Shown: piece after piece, positions 27,069 to 40,090 of the stretch | How the letters are laid out: each line of letters opens with the position of its first letter | Numbering within the stretch: the first letter of the stretch is position 1 | From: Chrysomallon squamiferum | Taxonomy: Eukaryota > Animalia > Mollusca | NCBI GenBank assembly: GCA_012295275.1 | Contig: CM022672.1 | Coordinates: 26,350,001 to 26,414,000, forward strand | DNA length: 64,000 nucleotides | Reading direction: 5' to 3' | The notes under the pieces: generated by a model | The model's input: only the letters and a program-made list of their open reading frames with translations | What the model was told of the DNA's origin: nothing | The model's database searches: none | Program-made: the position numbers and the translations under genes

Positions 27069-30000
27069 GACATGCCTCTGTCAAGATTTCCTAGAGGTCC
27101 AAATCCATATTTTGAACGAGGTCCTTGTTTGTTCTGTGGCAGCAGTAAAGAACCTACTGATGCTGGCAGAGTTACTGAAGGTTGGGTGAAAATTTTGATA
27201 CAGGTTCATTTGTAGAATTAAGATTTCAATTTTTTTTAAATATATTTGATTAACCATTTTAGATTATAAAGATTTTGTTCTAAAACCATTTAAAAAATTT
27301 GTTTAGGTTAGTTGCAAATGGAATGTAATTTCAAAATTTGCATTTCTTTTCTCATTTGACACATTTCAGTTTATTTCTGCTAGCAAAAGATTATTACATT
27401 TGCCAAACTTAATATTTCTCTTATATCTTCCTTTTATAGATGAGAAACTCCTCAACATAGACAGCGCTGCAAACACTCAGGTAACTTTATTTGAAGATGT
27501 TGCCAATAGAAATCCTGACCTACCTTTACCAACTTTCTGGTGAAATAGTTAAGATTCTGAATTATTAGTTGATATTTACATTGTTTCAGAACTGATACTG
27601 ATTACAGCCAAAGAATTTTTTCCATGCATTTATCCATTTTTTGCAGCATCTTTCATAAACAAGTCATCTTACGGGATTTTTCAGTGTATGTGTGTGTATT
27701 TATTTATATATTAGGTAACAAATATTTTTATTTTTGCAGTTACCATATGTTTGTCCTTCTTGTTTAAAGCCAAGTTCAGACTGTGAGATGGAGTCAAAGT
27801 CTGCAATAGATTCGTCTATTTTGGTGGGTCACTTTCTTAATAAAAATACCTTTGACAACATTAGTACATTCAGTTTAATTGTTTTCATAAATTGGTATCA
27901 AAAGAAGATGTTAACAATTTATTATTAAAAAAGAGTGAAGTTAGAATTACTGTTACATACATAAAGTATTTTAGTATGTGTTGTAGTGGCTATCTTATTC
28001 AGAGTAGAAATATGTAATAATATTTTTATTTACTAAAATTAACATTGAAACAAATGCCAATATTTTAATTTTGTTTATGCTTTTAATTTTCAGGATCCAG
28101 ATCTTCAGCTGGATTCACCAAATCTTTCATTTCTGCCTGATTTAGAAACATCTAAATTTATGAGTCAGAATGGAACTCAGTGTACTTGTAAAGCATGTAC
28201 AGAAAGACGGTAAATTATGATAATACTGTTACTTTGTTCTGTCCTGTACTTTAAATAGTTACTGTATTAGGTAATCTGTAAAAAGATTTTTAATAATGCC
28301 ATTTATTATATACCCACATTGTAATGTATAAAATCTTTTTTTTAACAATTTTTTAATTAATGTTCAGTTTTTGTTGAAATAATTGTGTACCTTTATCTCT
28401 AATATGTGATTACATTGATATTTGAAGGGAAATTGAAGAAGAACATGACAGAGAAACACAAGAACTGCAGAAATGTTGGACAAACCTGAGAAAATATATT
28501 CGTACAGTTTATAGTTCTAAAGAGCCCACTCTAACAGAGGGTAGAGGAGTTGAAATACAGGATTTAGTGCATAGGTAGGTATTATGTTTTAATCCAAAGA
28601 ATAATCCATTATCATTGCTTCAGAGGAAATGATGGCAGAACTAAGACATTAATATTTGTACAGTACATGATTCTCAAGTGCATCAATAAGTATTATGTAG
28701 GTACCGGCAGCCTAGCCGATATAATTGGTCGAAGCTGTTAAAGGTTCAGATTTTGTCCATTTTCCTCCACTCCCAAACCCCTTCTATAAATCCTACCATA
28801 AAAAACAAATACATGGAAATATAGATCATTATGTGGTCTTTTAAGTGGTGGTGGTGTTCTTGTTGTATGTTAAATCAGTTCTTTGTATAAGAGTGTTGAA
28901 TGCAGTGAGGGTAAACACATTTCGGCGCCCGTTTCCAGCAATTAACAGCATGGAGTAAAAAGTCCTAAAATAGGGTTGCGTTACAAACACCTGGCTTGTT
29001 TTTGCCAAAATGGCTTCAGTGTTATTTTTAGAACAGCTTGGAGGGTCAAAGTTCAATCTTTCTAACCATGTACCTGTCGTTGCTGGCAATGGGTTTTTTC
29101 AAACCCATTTTGAAAAAAAAACGGGCTGAAAATAAAACTTATGTTCATTGGATCAAATGAAAGATCATTCAATTACCTTTCAAACAATGTGTGCCTTCTT
29201 TGGCAAAAAGAAGCTCTGCTTTTGAAAGTAGTATGTGCTTAGTGAAATCGCCATTAAGTTACGTTTTCTACAGAGTAAAATTGCTGTAGATTTTATGTAC
29301 AACTAGAAAGATCTGGTGCTGTTTAAAATGATTATATTTATATGATGTTTATATTTTTAATAACTTGTTGTCTGTATGTTTTTCTTCATTGTTCCTACTT
29401 TCAGCGTATGCATTATAGCAAGCGCATAGTGAAATCGGTGTAAATTGTTTCCTACCTAGCCAAATCATCATGGATTTTATGTGCAACTAAAAAGAACTGG
29501 CACTATTTGAAATGCTTATATTTCTGTGTTGATTATATTTTTAATAACTTGTAGGATGCATGTTTTATTATATTTTATGACTTTTACTAAATATAATATG
29601 AATACGTTCTTAAAACAGTCGATTATTTTGCTTTCAAAATTCTTGCGATAAATGGCAGATAAATGGCAAATTTAGTAATCGTAAACATAACAAACTATAC
29701 TACATAATAAAACAATGTATTCAGGGGTATTGATGGAATGCTGAATAATAATCTAATCACTTTTTTTTAAATATATAATCATAAACTGATCAGTTTTAAA
29801 ACATTATTTTTGCTAGTTGATAAGCTCTATCAGAGAAAATTTCAAGAGTTGTCAGATGATGCATAACTTTTGTTTGCTGTCAAATCACAGCAAGTTCAAG
29901 GCTAAGAAAATTATTTTATGTCTGCTTCAGATGACAGACTTATAACACCTGTGTCTTTAATTGCCTCTAGTCTCATGATTACATAAATTGTATTGCCCCT

Positions 30001-33000
30001 AATTAATACCTGCAACACCTTTCTGGAGTAGACTTCAAGGATTAGCTGAGTTTATGTATTGCAACGGATTATGGTTAAACATCAAATGCTTGTAGTCCTT
30101 TTAAGTAACACATATCACAGTATCTTAAATTATTACTACTAATTATTTAATAGTGTGAAAATTGAAGATTCTTATGTAAATAAAGTAGTGCATTCTATAT
30201 AAATTGAAAAGGTAATTATTTTTTTGTGGGCTTGGCAGGGGAAATAACCAAAATATTTTTTTATTAAAAATGTTAGATTCAAGTATGTCATTTGAAAGAT
30301 CTTGATAAATTGTTTGCAACACAGGTTGAATTTTTCAAATAAGACCAAAATAAAAACCACAGTGTCTGTACTTGTAGTCATTCTGTCACGTGTTATTTTG
30401 AAGATTTTGGCATGTTTAGCATGTTATTATGAACACACATACAAACATACATGTTAGAAAAAAAACTGAGCTCATTTAGCAAGTTGGCCCCTATCACTCT
30501 TGTTGATTTTCAGCCTTTTGTGTCAATTACTTTTCAAACTACAGTTGGCCAAAGTAGCCCTTTCTGCTAATTAGCCAAAATAGGGCTGAAAACCGACCAA
30601 ATACCTGTTGTACAGATTTGCATATATCTTTTGAACTGCTGGAAATAGTCATAATTTTTTGTGTGTTTTGTTTCTTTTTTCTACAGCTTCAATTAAAGTC
30701 AGAAAACATTTGCCTGCCAGAACCTATATTATGTTTTAATCTAAGCATTAATCTAATAAGTTTTTACATACAGATTAATTTACTTGAAAAATTCACCTAC
30801 AATTTGTAATTTTTAGATTGTGCGCTCGTGATCCTCATCAACTCTTCTTGCGCATGGAGTCTCAGGTTCGAGAGTTTGTCATAGAAAAGAAAGTCCGACT
30901 ACTTAAGCAGTTGGATTGTGGTTACAAGACACCACCAGAGGCTAAACAGTTCATTTCTCTTCTTCTAGACGAATATCAGCAACTTTGTGTTGCATCAAGT
31001 CTTACATCACAGTGGCTGATAGATCTGGTAAATACACAGTTTATTAGATATGTTAAATAAACCATTATTTAGGTTAGATTGAAAATCGATTTTAGTTATC
31101 TTTATTTATCATTTTTCACTATGATCTTGATTTATCCTTTTTCTTTTTCTTTTTTTGTTACAGAAAGAACATATTAAGCGGTTCAATGTGACATGGGAAT
31201 TGCATAACAAACATCTTGTTCAGTCCATTGTGTACACTGATCCAGCTATACATAATAGTCTACATATTATAGTTGATCAGTTAAGGTGAGTGATAAAATA
31301 ATGTCAGTAAAAATATCTGTTGTTGCAAATTTATTATTAATGTTATGTTAGAAAAAAAAATCTAAATTATCAGATCTTTTTTGTTTTGTTATCTAGTTGA
31401 TAAATGGATTAATAAACTTTTTCTATTCTTATTTTACTATCTTGATGTGATTAGGTTTATTATACCATTAGGTTTTAGGGATTTCTGTTTAACAGAGATG
31501 AAACTTGTAATATATTATTTATAATTCACTGGTATTACTTGCAGAATGGGTGCTGCTTCAAAAGAATCCTATAATGAGGACACATATCCCAATTTACTGC
31601 ACCGCTTTCTCAAGTTCCAAGATGAAATGTCTGTGATACTAGTTGTATGGAGGGATTGCCAGCAGTTGATTGAGGCATACAATGAACAGCAGGTAAGGGC
31701 TATAGGTTTTTTTTTTTTTAATGATTGAACAAGTTACTCACATAACAATCAGGGCTTACTTAGGTGTGCATTTAAACATTATTTGTTGATATATTTTCAT
31801 ATAAAGTTTTAATATAGAAAACTGTTTGGTAAAATGGATATATTGTGTGTATAATCTGTTTTAGACGGCATTGAAAGTCAAGCAGAAATGGCTGAAAGAG
31901 GACTGGGAGTTCTTCAAAGCTCAAAGAAACTTATTAGAAGAACAAGTTCTCAAGAAACAGCCCAAAAATACAGCTCTTTCTCATAGGTTTGTGCAATGAT
32001 CACACATAACTTCTGTTTCATCATGTAAGAATAAAAATCTGGAATATGCTCTTTTTTAAATAGAGTTAACTTGTTTCACAGTTAACTGTATCAAAGTATT
32101 TAATTATCATCTTTGCATACACTAGAATATGATTTGATTTGTAAAATGTATTGTGATCAAAATATTCTGAACATTGCACTTTTAAACTGAATTTGTTTTG
32201 ATTAGTTGGTGAACTTTATCCAGTAAGGACAGTAGAAAATATAAGTGACTTTTACAAAACATCTAATTACACTGGCAGATATTATACAACATACAATATA
32301 CATGTTAAAAATAAGTTTTTGTAAATGCCTCAACAATAAACTCACACTGAATGAAGACACATCAAAGTAAAGCTGTTAAGTAGAAAAATACAGAAAAAAA
32401 TTACTTTATTTATTAAGTAGTTTTAGTTCTGCATGGTTTGATCACTAAATTTTATTTTTTAATAAAGGATTTTGTGCATGCCATAAAATGGTTTTAGTAT
32501 TGGATAAAGTTAGATGGTTTGGTAAATAATGTTTTTTTTATTGTAGCATGGAAGTTCAGTTCACTGAAACTATGAGAAATATGCTGACTGGCAGTAAACC
32601 TTCTGCAGATGAGTGTCATTGTCCAAGATGTAATAGAAAGAGGTTTGTTTTTCTTTAATACAAAAGTTTTTAATTTTATAAATTCTCTTAAAACTGGTAC
32701 AACGGTTTATTTTTTTCACTAATGATTTTAAAAAAAAAAAAATCTGATATATATTTGTTTGCATTAATGGTTTATAGTTGGCTTTAATATTCACTGGTGT
32801 TTAAATTTAAGATTTTAATAACAGCATTTTTCTTCAGATGTCCTTGTGATGAGTGCACTATAACACACATGATTACATGTGGTATTATCAACCCAGATGC
32901 TCTGGAAAGTAGCAACACACCGCAGACATTCAACTTTCCTCACGACCCCAACCGGTATGTGATAGATGTCACTCCTCCTTCAATGTCCAGCACTACATCA

Positions 33001-34676
33001 AGCAGTGGTTCCTCTAGTCCTATCATGGTTGAACACGAAAGACTAATACTTCCATTTGATGACTGTCCAGAAAATTTTGAGTGAGTTGGTTTTTATACCC
33101 AACTGAAGTGTTCAACTATGCATTTATTATTTACTTGTTTAATAATGAAATGGCAGTAACATATTTTGCCATTGTAGAACAGAAATATTTTGTTATTGGA
33201 ATTTGGTATGTAATGATGTATAATGTTTGTTTAATTTTATTATTATTTATTTTCCTTTCTTGTTACTACTGTTTGAGGAACCTAACATGCTTTTCAAATC
33301 ATTACAATGAACCACTAAATGAATTCTATAAACTTTTTGACTGGAGGAAATTGCATTATCTGTTTTTGGTTTACTTGATTTTTGTTTTTTAATTCTAAAG
33401 TGGAGATGATATTCCTGAAGAAATAGAAGATAGTCAGTCAGACAATGACTATGATGACGATGACGATGATGAAGAGGATGAGGAAGGAGATGAAGAATAT
33501 AAAACAGATGGTACAGAGAGAACCACTGACAAGTCTGAACAGCAGAAAAACATACACCAAGCCTGGCTTAATGAAAAGAGTTGGGTAGAGAAAAAGACTG
33601 AAGAACTTTCATTAGGAGAAAAAAATAATTCTTGTGATTGCCACCATTGCATAGCTGCCCAGACACAAGCTGAACAGATGGTAAATTTATTTTTTAAATA
33701 CAGGTTAGGTATTTTGAAGTTGAATATTTAACAGACATTCTCTTTGTAACAGTTTAATTATGTATTTGTGTAGTTTTTAATTTATAATAATAAATTCTGA
33801 AATCAAACCCTTTTCTTTTCATTTTTAATTATAAAACAATAAAAAGATCCATCGTATTTTATTGTAATAGACTGATTATATAAATGCTAAGAGAAAAGCC
33901 AAAATGTGTCTTTTTACCTTTATTATTATTATTATTATTATTATTAATATTATTATTAATATTAATATTTTTATTATTTTTATTATTATTCTCAGTTGAA
34001 GTCAGAAGAAAATCAATGTCAGTGTCATGCATGTCTGCAGCAACAAGGCCAGACACTTCCCATGACTCTTCCTCAACACTTACCTGTAGCTCCTCCACCA
34101 GCTGATCTGCATCTGTATCCACACATTCATGGCTCACCAGGCATGCCTTCCAGAGGCATTCGCTCTGTTCTCTCACCTCAGCTGTATGATCTACACAGTC
34201 CATTGCGACCTCCAAAGCTTCCAGTAAAGCTAGACTTCGACAATCCAGATAGCATTCAAGACCATCTCTATAATGCATATGGAGACTGGGAAAACACATA
34301 TGATCCGAGAACATTAAGCCACCATTACAGCAGCAGCCTTAGCTCTGACCTCCTACCGCCACCACCTCTTACAAGCAACATGCCATATTTGACAGAATCA
34401 TTGTCATGTCTTTCAGCACAAACCGTTACATGCACAACTACCACAAGTGCTTTCAAAAACATCACAAGCAACCATCTCATCAACTCGATTCCCAACTCAA
34501 TTGATGTGTCCAGTGCCAGTGGTCAAAACCAAGTTCATACAGATTCCTGTGCCAACCTCCCAAAATGTTCCAGTCCTCCATCTGCAACCAGTGTACAGAG
34601 ACCTCATGGACCTCCATGTACTAGACCAGCTACTCTTGGTGGCAATACCTCATCACTTTACACAGGGTCAGAGAAA

Positions 34677-34707
<31 letters not shown>

Positions 34708-37700
34708 GCAGTCATCACTGCAAGAAACACAACATGCCTCTGATCAACAAGAACCAAATCAGTCACAACCACCCAACTTCAGGTAGCCATACACAACCAG
34801 ATTTATTGAAAAACACTCCAAGAAATACTGCTGGAAACAAAGATGAAGCTGTGCATCCAGCGCGCTCAGTGGGAAACTCCAACCTCAATACAAACATTAA
34901 CCCTCATCCGTGTTCACATGCAGTGAGTAACAAAAACACATCAAATCACATGTACCAAAATGCAGGAGTGACAATGCCTCATCAGGGTGGATGCACCAAT
35001 TCAGTCGCCATGCCAACAACTGTCAACAATGTGAGTGTGGGCACATCAACTTTGTGCAGTGACCCAAACTGTGAGAATCACAATGAGGACAACTGTGATA
35101 GCATTGATGACAGCTGTTCAGAAAAAAGTTCTTCCACATCAGCCTCCAATCAGAAGGATGGTAGCAAATATTGTGATTGTTGCTACTGTGAATTCTTTGG
35201 TCATGGCACTGTAAGTAAATTAATGAACAGATATTCATGTCTTTTAATTCCACATTTATTTATTTAATTAAGTTTTATTTAGTTGTCAGAAATCTCTGTG
35301 AGTAAATACTGACAGAATTAAACTTTGTTTTTGCATGCTACAAGATCCAGTATTAGTGAAAGAAACACATATTTATTTCTAAAGAAGTTATTTTACTCAC
35401 TGATATTAAGAAAAATTAAACATTTTCATTTTAGCCTCCTGCTGCTCAGACAAGCAAGAACTATGCAGAGATGAGAGAAAGATTGAGAAGACGACTCAAG
35501 AGAAGGGTTAGTTACTTTCTATAATGATTTTCACGGAATATTGAAAACTTAATCTATCACATTTGTTTATCATTTATTACAAATATTTTAATTAGAAAAA
35601 GCAATTAAATTTTACTCATAATATATCCATTTCATAGCAAACAGAAGGTAAGGGTTGTACTGAAGATGGGAAAGAAGACAATGTCCATGATGCTGATCCT
35701 TTGGAGATGAAAGGTCTAGAAGAATTGCTGAGGTTCATAAATGGAACAGAAATGGCACAAGTGGAGGGTAAACCAAGTGCCAAGGCATCAAAAAGGGCTC
35801 GTAGAAAACAGAGATTGGTATGTTTTAATGAACAGATTTTCCCAAGACATTTTATTGCTGCAGAAAAATAAATGTTAAATTGTGTGAAATCTAAATAATT
35901 AATATTGTTAAACATTTTATAGTCTTAAAGTAAAACTGATCATTCAGATCATAAAATTTATTTCCAAAAATCTAAGTGATCTTATCAGCAGTTATTACTA
36001 TGAATTAGTATGTCATTAACTCAGAATTAACATTAGAAATGACTGTCATTTCTATGCAGAAATATATATTTGTGTAAATATATTATGATTTTCTTTACAG
36101 GCTGATCAGAAAGCTGAAGAGGAAAGAACATTGAAAGAAATAGCTGAGCACAAAAAATCACTTGCACAGAAAATTCGTCCTGGTAATCAGGTTTCTACTT
36201 CTGATATTAGCTCTGACAAGCATTCATCCTCAAAAAAGAAGAAAAGCAAACATAAAGAGTCTAAGATGTCTTCTCAGGAAAAGATAGAAGAATCAGTGTC
36301 CAAGGTGCAGAATGGGCCAGTTTCAAATCACTCAGATTGTCCTTTGAAAAGTAATACCATCACAGTAAATCGTGTCCAGCAGAATGCTCCAGCATCTAAG
36401 CAGAGCAAAAATAATAGTAACCCACCGACCAAAGAAACAAAAAAAGATCCACCTGGGTCACGGCCACAATCTCAAAATTCCAATGTTAACTCTCCTGTTA
36501 GCCAGAAAGCTAAAGTCAGTCAGAAAACACTTCCTCAAAATGGGCAAGGTGATGTAAATTTGATGAAGAACAGCAACTCTGTTGACTTGAAATATTTGGA
36601 AACTCAACGTAAGAATTCCAGCAATACTCAAAAAAATAATTTCTTCTCAACTGTGATTCCTGCACAGTATCCAAAACCAGCTCCATCACAGTCAACAAAA
36701 AGTCCTGATGTTATTCTTACAAAGAAAGGAAAAAAACAGACTCCACAGCAGAGTCAGATGCAGCCCATTCACCTGAATGGAACAGCTTGCCTTCCCAGTG
36801 AACCATCCAAAAGCTCTGCAAAATCAACTGTAATTGCTCAACAGCAGCAAAAACAAATGGTAAACAGTGAACCAAAAGAAAAGAAATCATTGGCCAATGG
36901 TACAATTCCCACTCTCAATGGTGATATCAGTAAAGGTCAAGGAAAGAATAATAAAATCTTGACAAGGCAAAAGCAGGATATGCCTGAAAGCAGAATACCA
37001 CAAGAGCAGGTAAAAAAATAAATAATAATAATAATAAAAGTTGGATAGATTTTAACAACATATTGATAGAATGGAGACAAATTTACTTTGATTTTATTTC
37101 TGAAACTAGTTTTTGTTGATTTAATATTGATATTAACATTTACTGTATCTTTATTTCTAATGTTATCAGACTAAAATGTTATTAATTTTCATTTTCAACA
37201 TATTTTTAGGTTAAGAATGGGAAGAGCAAAAAGGGCAAGAAAAAGAACAGAAATGGAGAGGAGTCAAAATGTGTTGGTAGGAATGTTACAGTAACTATTA
37301 AAATGCACACAGTAAAAAAAAATTTACATCTATTTTTACAATAATATTTTGATGGTATTTAGTTTCAGTTGTAATTTTATCTAACATATTAATCTGCCTT
37401 TAAAGTTTTTTGATAAAACATAATTGATTGCAGTGTGTCACAGTTCTGTGATTTAAAGTACTATACTGATTTTCTTAATGTGATCTTATTTAGATGAAAT
37501 CTTCATGCCAAGATCAGAGTCGGACCTTGAAGATGGAAATATGGATGAAGTTGAGCGAGAACTGGAAGAATTTAAAAGGTATTCATATTAATAATCATCT
37601 AAAAATAATTATTAAATTAGTAATCTTCCATTTATTTTTCAGACAGCTTAATACTTACGCATTTTTCCCAGATTTATCAGTTTAATTATCTTTTACAATA

Positions 37701-37942
37701 ATCAAATAATGAAATCTAATTGGTATGTATTTGCATATTAGAAAAATAAATGTAAAAGACCAGCCTTGAGAATACTGAACATATTGTGATCCAAAAAATA
37801 CAGCTATTTAATTTCTTTCTTTTCTTTTTTGTATAGATTCTGCTTTGATAGTCCAAAGCCCAAAAAAAAGGAGAAACTGCAAGTCAATTTTAATCTGAAG
37901 GATATCTTTGCTAAAAAGAAGTCTGGTATGAGCTGCAGTTAG
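24586..37942 (+). CDS. FAM193A: FAM193 family protein (FAM193A/B orthologue), complete, 20 coding exons, 1512 aa
   Basis: GT-AG exons 24586-24738, 27039-27180, 27440-27480, 27740-27823, 28094-28209, 28428-28574, 30817-31027, 31164-31285, 31545-31692, 31865-31986, 32547-32642, 32838-33080, 33401-33680, 33996-35210, 35435-35506, 35638-35817, 36101-37009, 37210-37276, 37494-37578 and 37837-37942 sum to 4539 nt with consistent phases. Diagnostic motifs: [69 protein letters not shown], and the FAM193 C-terminal DEIFMP...MDEVERELEEFKRFCFDS. Confidence 0.94.
28690..30610. mobile_element. Probable degenerate non-autonomous transposon relic in FAM193A intron 6
   Basis: Intron 6 is 2.2 kb while most neighbouring introns are a few hundred bases. 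It has GC/CpG-richer ends, a recurring gggctgaaaa motif (29123, 30583; inverted near 30507) and an internal diverged duplication. No clear TIR, TSD or transposase; boundaries approximate. Confidence 0.35.
29240..29580. repeat. Diverged tandem repeat, period about 187 bp, about 1.8 copies
   Basis: tagtgaaatcg...gattttatgt(a/g)caacta(g/a)aaaga...ttatatttttaataacttgt begins at 29240 and again at 29427. Confidence 0.75.
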
Positions 37943-40049
37943 ATGCTGAACAGGGTTTGAGAATATTACCTGAAAATATCTTTGTTGAGGATTCTGGAAA
38001 TATGATGTTTTTCCCCCTGAATTAAACATGTTTTTGGATGTTAACCCTAGAAAAAGGGTAAATTGGACACTGATACTGTAATGCTTGCTGATTATTATTA
38101 TTCTTATATTTTATTTTATTTTTCCAAATACCATATGATTAATTTTGACATTCATTGTTCAAGTGTTGATCAAGAAGGTATCTTGCTCTTGGATTTAATT
38201 TGGAACAGCTGTATTGGATGTGGCGTGAAATGTATTTTTTGAAAACTTCATCATGATTTTTTCAGTGTTTTTTTTTGTTTTTTTTTAGGTTTTTTTTTTT
38301 ATTATTATAATTATTTATTTATTTATATTATTTTTAGTTAAGAAATCTTTTCACACTAGTGCTAAAATTATCTGGAAAAAACAAATTGTCATGCAGTGAT
38401 GTTAATCTTAATTTTTGGGATAATGTTTACTATTATATCATGTCAGATTTATTTGTGTTAGGCATTCAAGAAAAATTCCAGTTGCGACTAACTGGTATTT
38501 GATGTTCCTATATTTTACTGAACAAATGAATGTCTGAAAATGATTTCATCCTAAAATTTTAATTATTTTTAATAACAAAATTCTTCAGTCTGAATTTTTT
38601 AAATGATTAGTCTAGTGTATTTTTCCCAGGGATTGATTTTGACAGGTGTGTTAACATTTGTAAATGCTGAGTTCACCAAATACTGCCTATGTATTTGATC
38701 AAAACATGTTTGATGTAAATGTTGGCATATATTGATGACTGTTCATGTTTTGGAAGTGGAGATTTGCATTAAATGTTTTATGGATACAAAACTATAGACA
38801 TTTTTTTTTTTTTTTATGTTCAACAGGTTGCTTTTGTTGACATGTGCATATCTGTACATGACTTAAATGAATGTCACTGACAATTACTACTATTGCTGCT
38901 ATGCAAAAACTGTACAACACATAATTATTTGAATTGGTCAGCGTTTAAAAGAAATGACATTGTAATGCAACTGAAATAGTTGGTATTTGCTCTGTTATCT
39001 TTTATTTTGCTAGCCTTTCTTGTGCATATTTATTTTGTGTGATTTGATTGCGATAATGCAGATGAACACATTTTTGTAACGGCGGCTGCAGTAATGGTTC
39101 ATCTGTTTTGAGCTTGTGTTTGTATTTTTGGCCATTTGACTGTGTGGCTTGAATGCATGGAATTATATCATGATCAGATTCTCATTGCAGGCAACTCACT
39201 GTTTGTTGGGCTTGATTTACCCTCATGTATTTTAGCCTGTATATTACCTATATAAAACTTAAGTTACATGTTTTACACATATTGTCTTTTGTTGTTTTCT
39301 ATTCCACTGGCACTAGCAGCAGAACAAATATTCTTATAGAAATATGACTCAACCTCTAGAGGTTTCAATGAAAGCATGTTGTAAAACGGGGATCACATGA
39401 TCTGTTATTTTTAGGATGTTTTGCATAGTTACATTTGACAGTTAATCTTGCATTGGAGGACCTCAACTAGATCTTAAAATTTATCTTTTTTTTAACAAAG
39501 CTCAATAAATAAACAAAGTTACTTATTATAATAATTAGTGGATAAATTCCTCTGGTAATATTAGCATTAATGTTACATCCACAATAACCTATCAGAAATA
39601 AAATCAGTAAATTTATCTCCTTTTTTACTGTGATTGAAACATTCTAAGTATGGAAAACACCATCACTGACTGATAAAGTTAATAAATATTACAAAAAAAA
39701 ATATTAACCAAATTTCATTTATATTGTTATAGACAATAGATGTATATGTCATTCTTGTTTAAAATACAAGTAAATTAAATTATCTTTCATAATCGTATTC
39801 CTCTCTCTTTATTCAAAAACCTAGTATTGAAAAAACATAGTATGATTATGATAATGTTTTATATTTAACTGCTGCTTTGTGCTGAACTAGACTGTACTTT
39901 AAACATTAATAATCTGATTTGAACACCAGTGATAATTTTAATATTAGAAATAGCTTGCACTGTTATTTTCTCTATAGCTTATACTTTGTTGTTGGAATCA
40001 AAATTATCTTGAGGCAGTTTTTTTCCAATCACATTCATCTACATTGGCT

Positions 40050-40090
40050 TAACCAAAAACTGGATAACCAAAAACAGGATAACCAAAAAC
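40050..40090. repeat. 15-bp tandem repeat taaccaaaaac(t/a)gga, about 2.7 copies
   Basis: Read directly from the sequence. Confidence 0.8.

Noticed and set aside
33859-34314. Antisense ORFs over FAM193A exons (also 17901..18290, 35616..35915, 33449..33652)
   Set aside because: Shadow frames of real coding exons and simple repeats.
35648-35665. The 18 bp missing from the duplicate (gtaagggttgtactgaag) begins GT and ends AG, like a precisely lost micro-intron
   Set aside because: Far below spliceosomal intron size, flanking introns are retained in the copy (so no retrotransposition), and the GAAG direct repeat explains it as slippage.
37910-37942. FAM193A C-terminus KKKSGMSCS* as a prenylation signal
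   Set aside because: Cys is penultimate, which fits neither CaaX nor CC/CxC.
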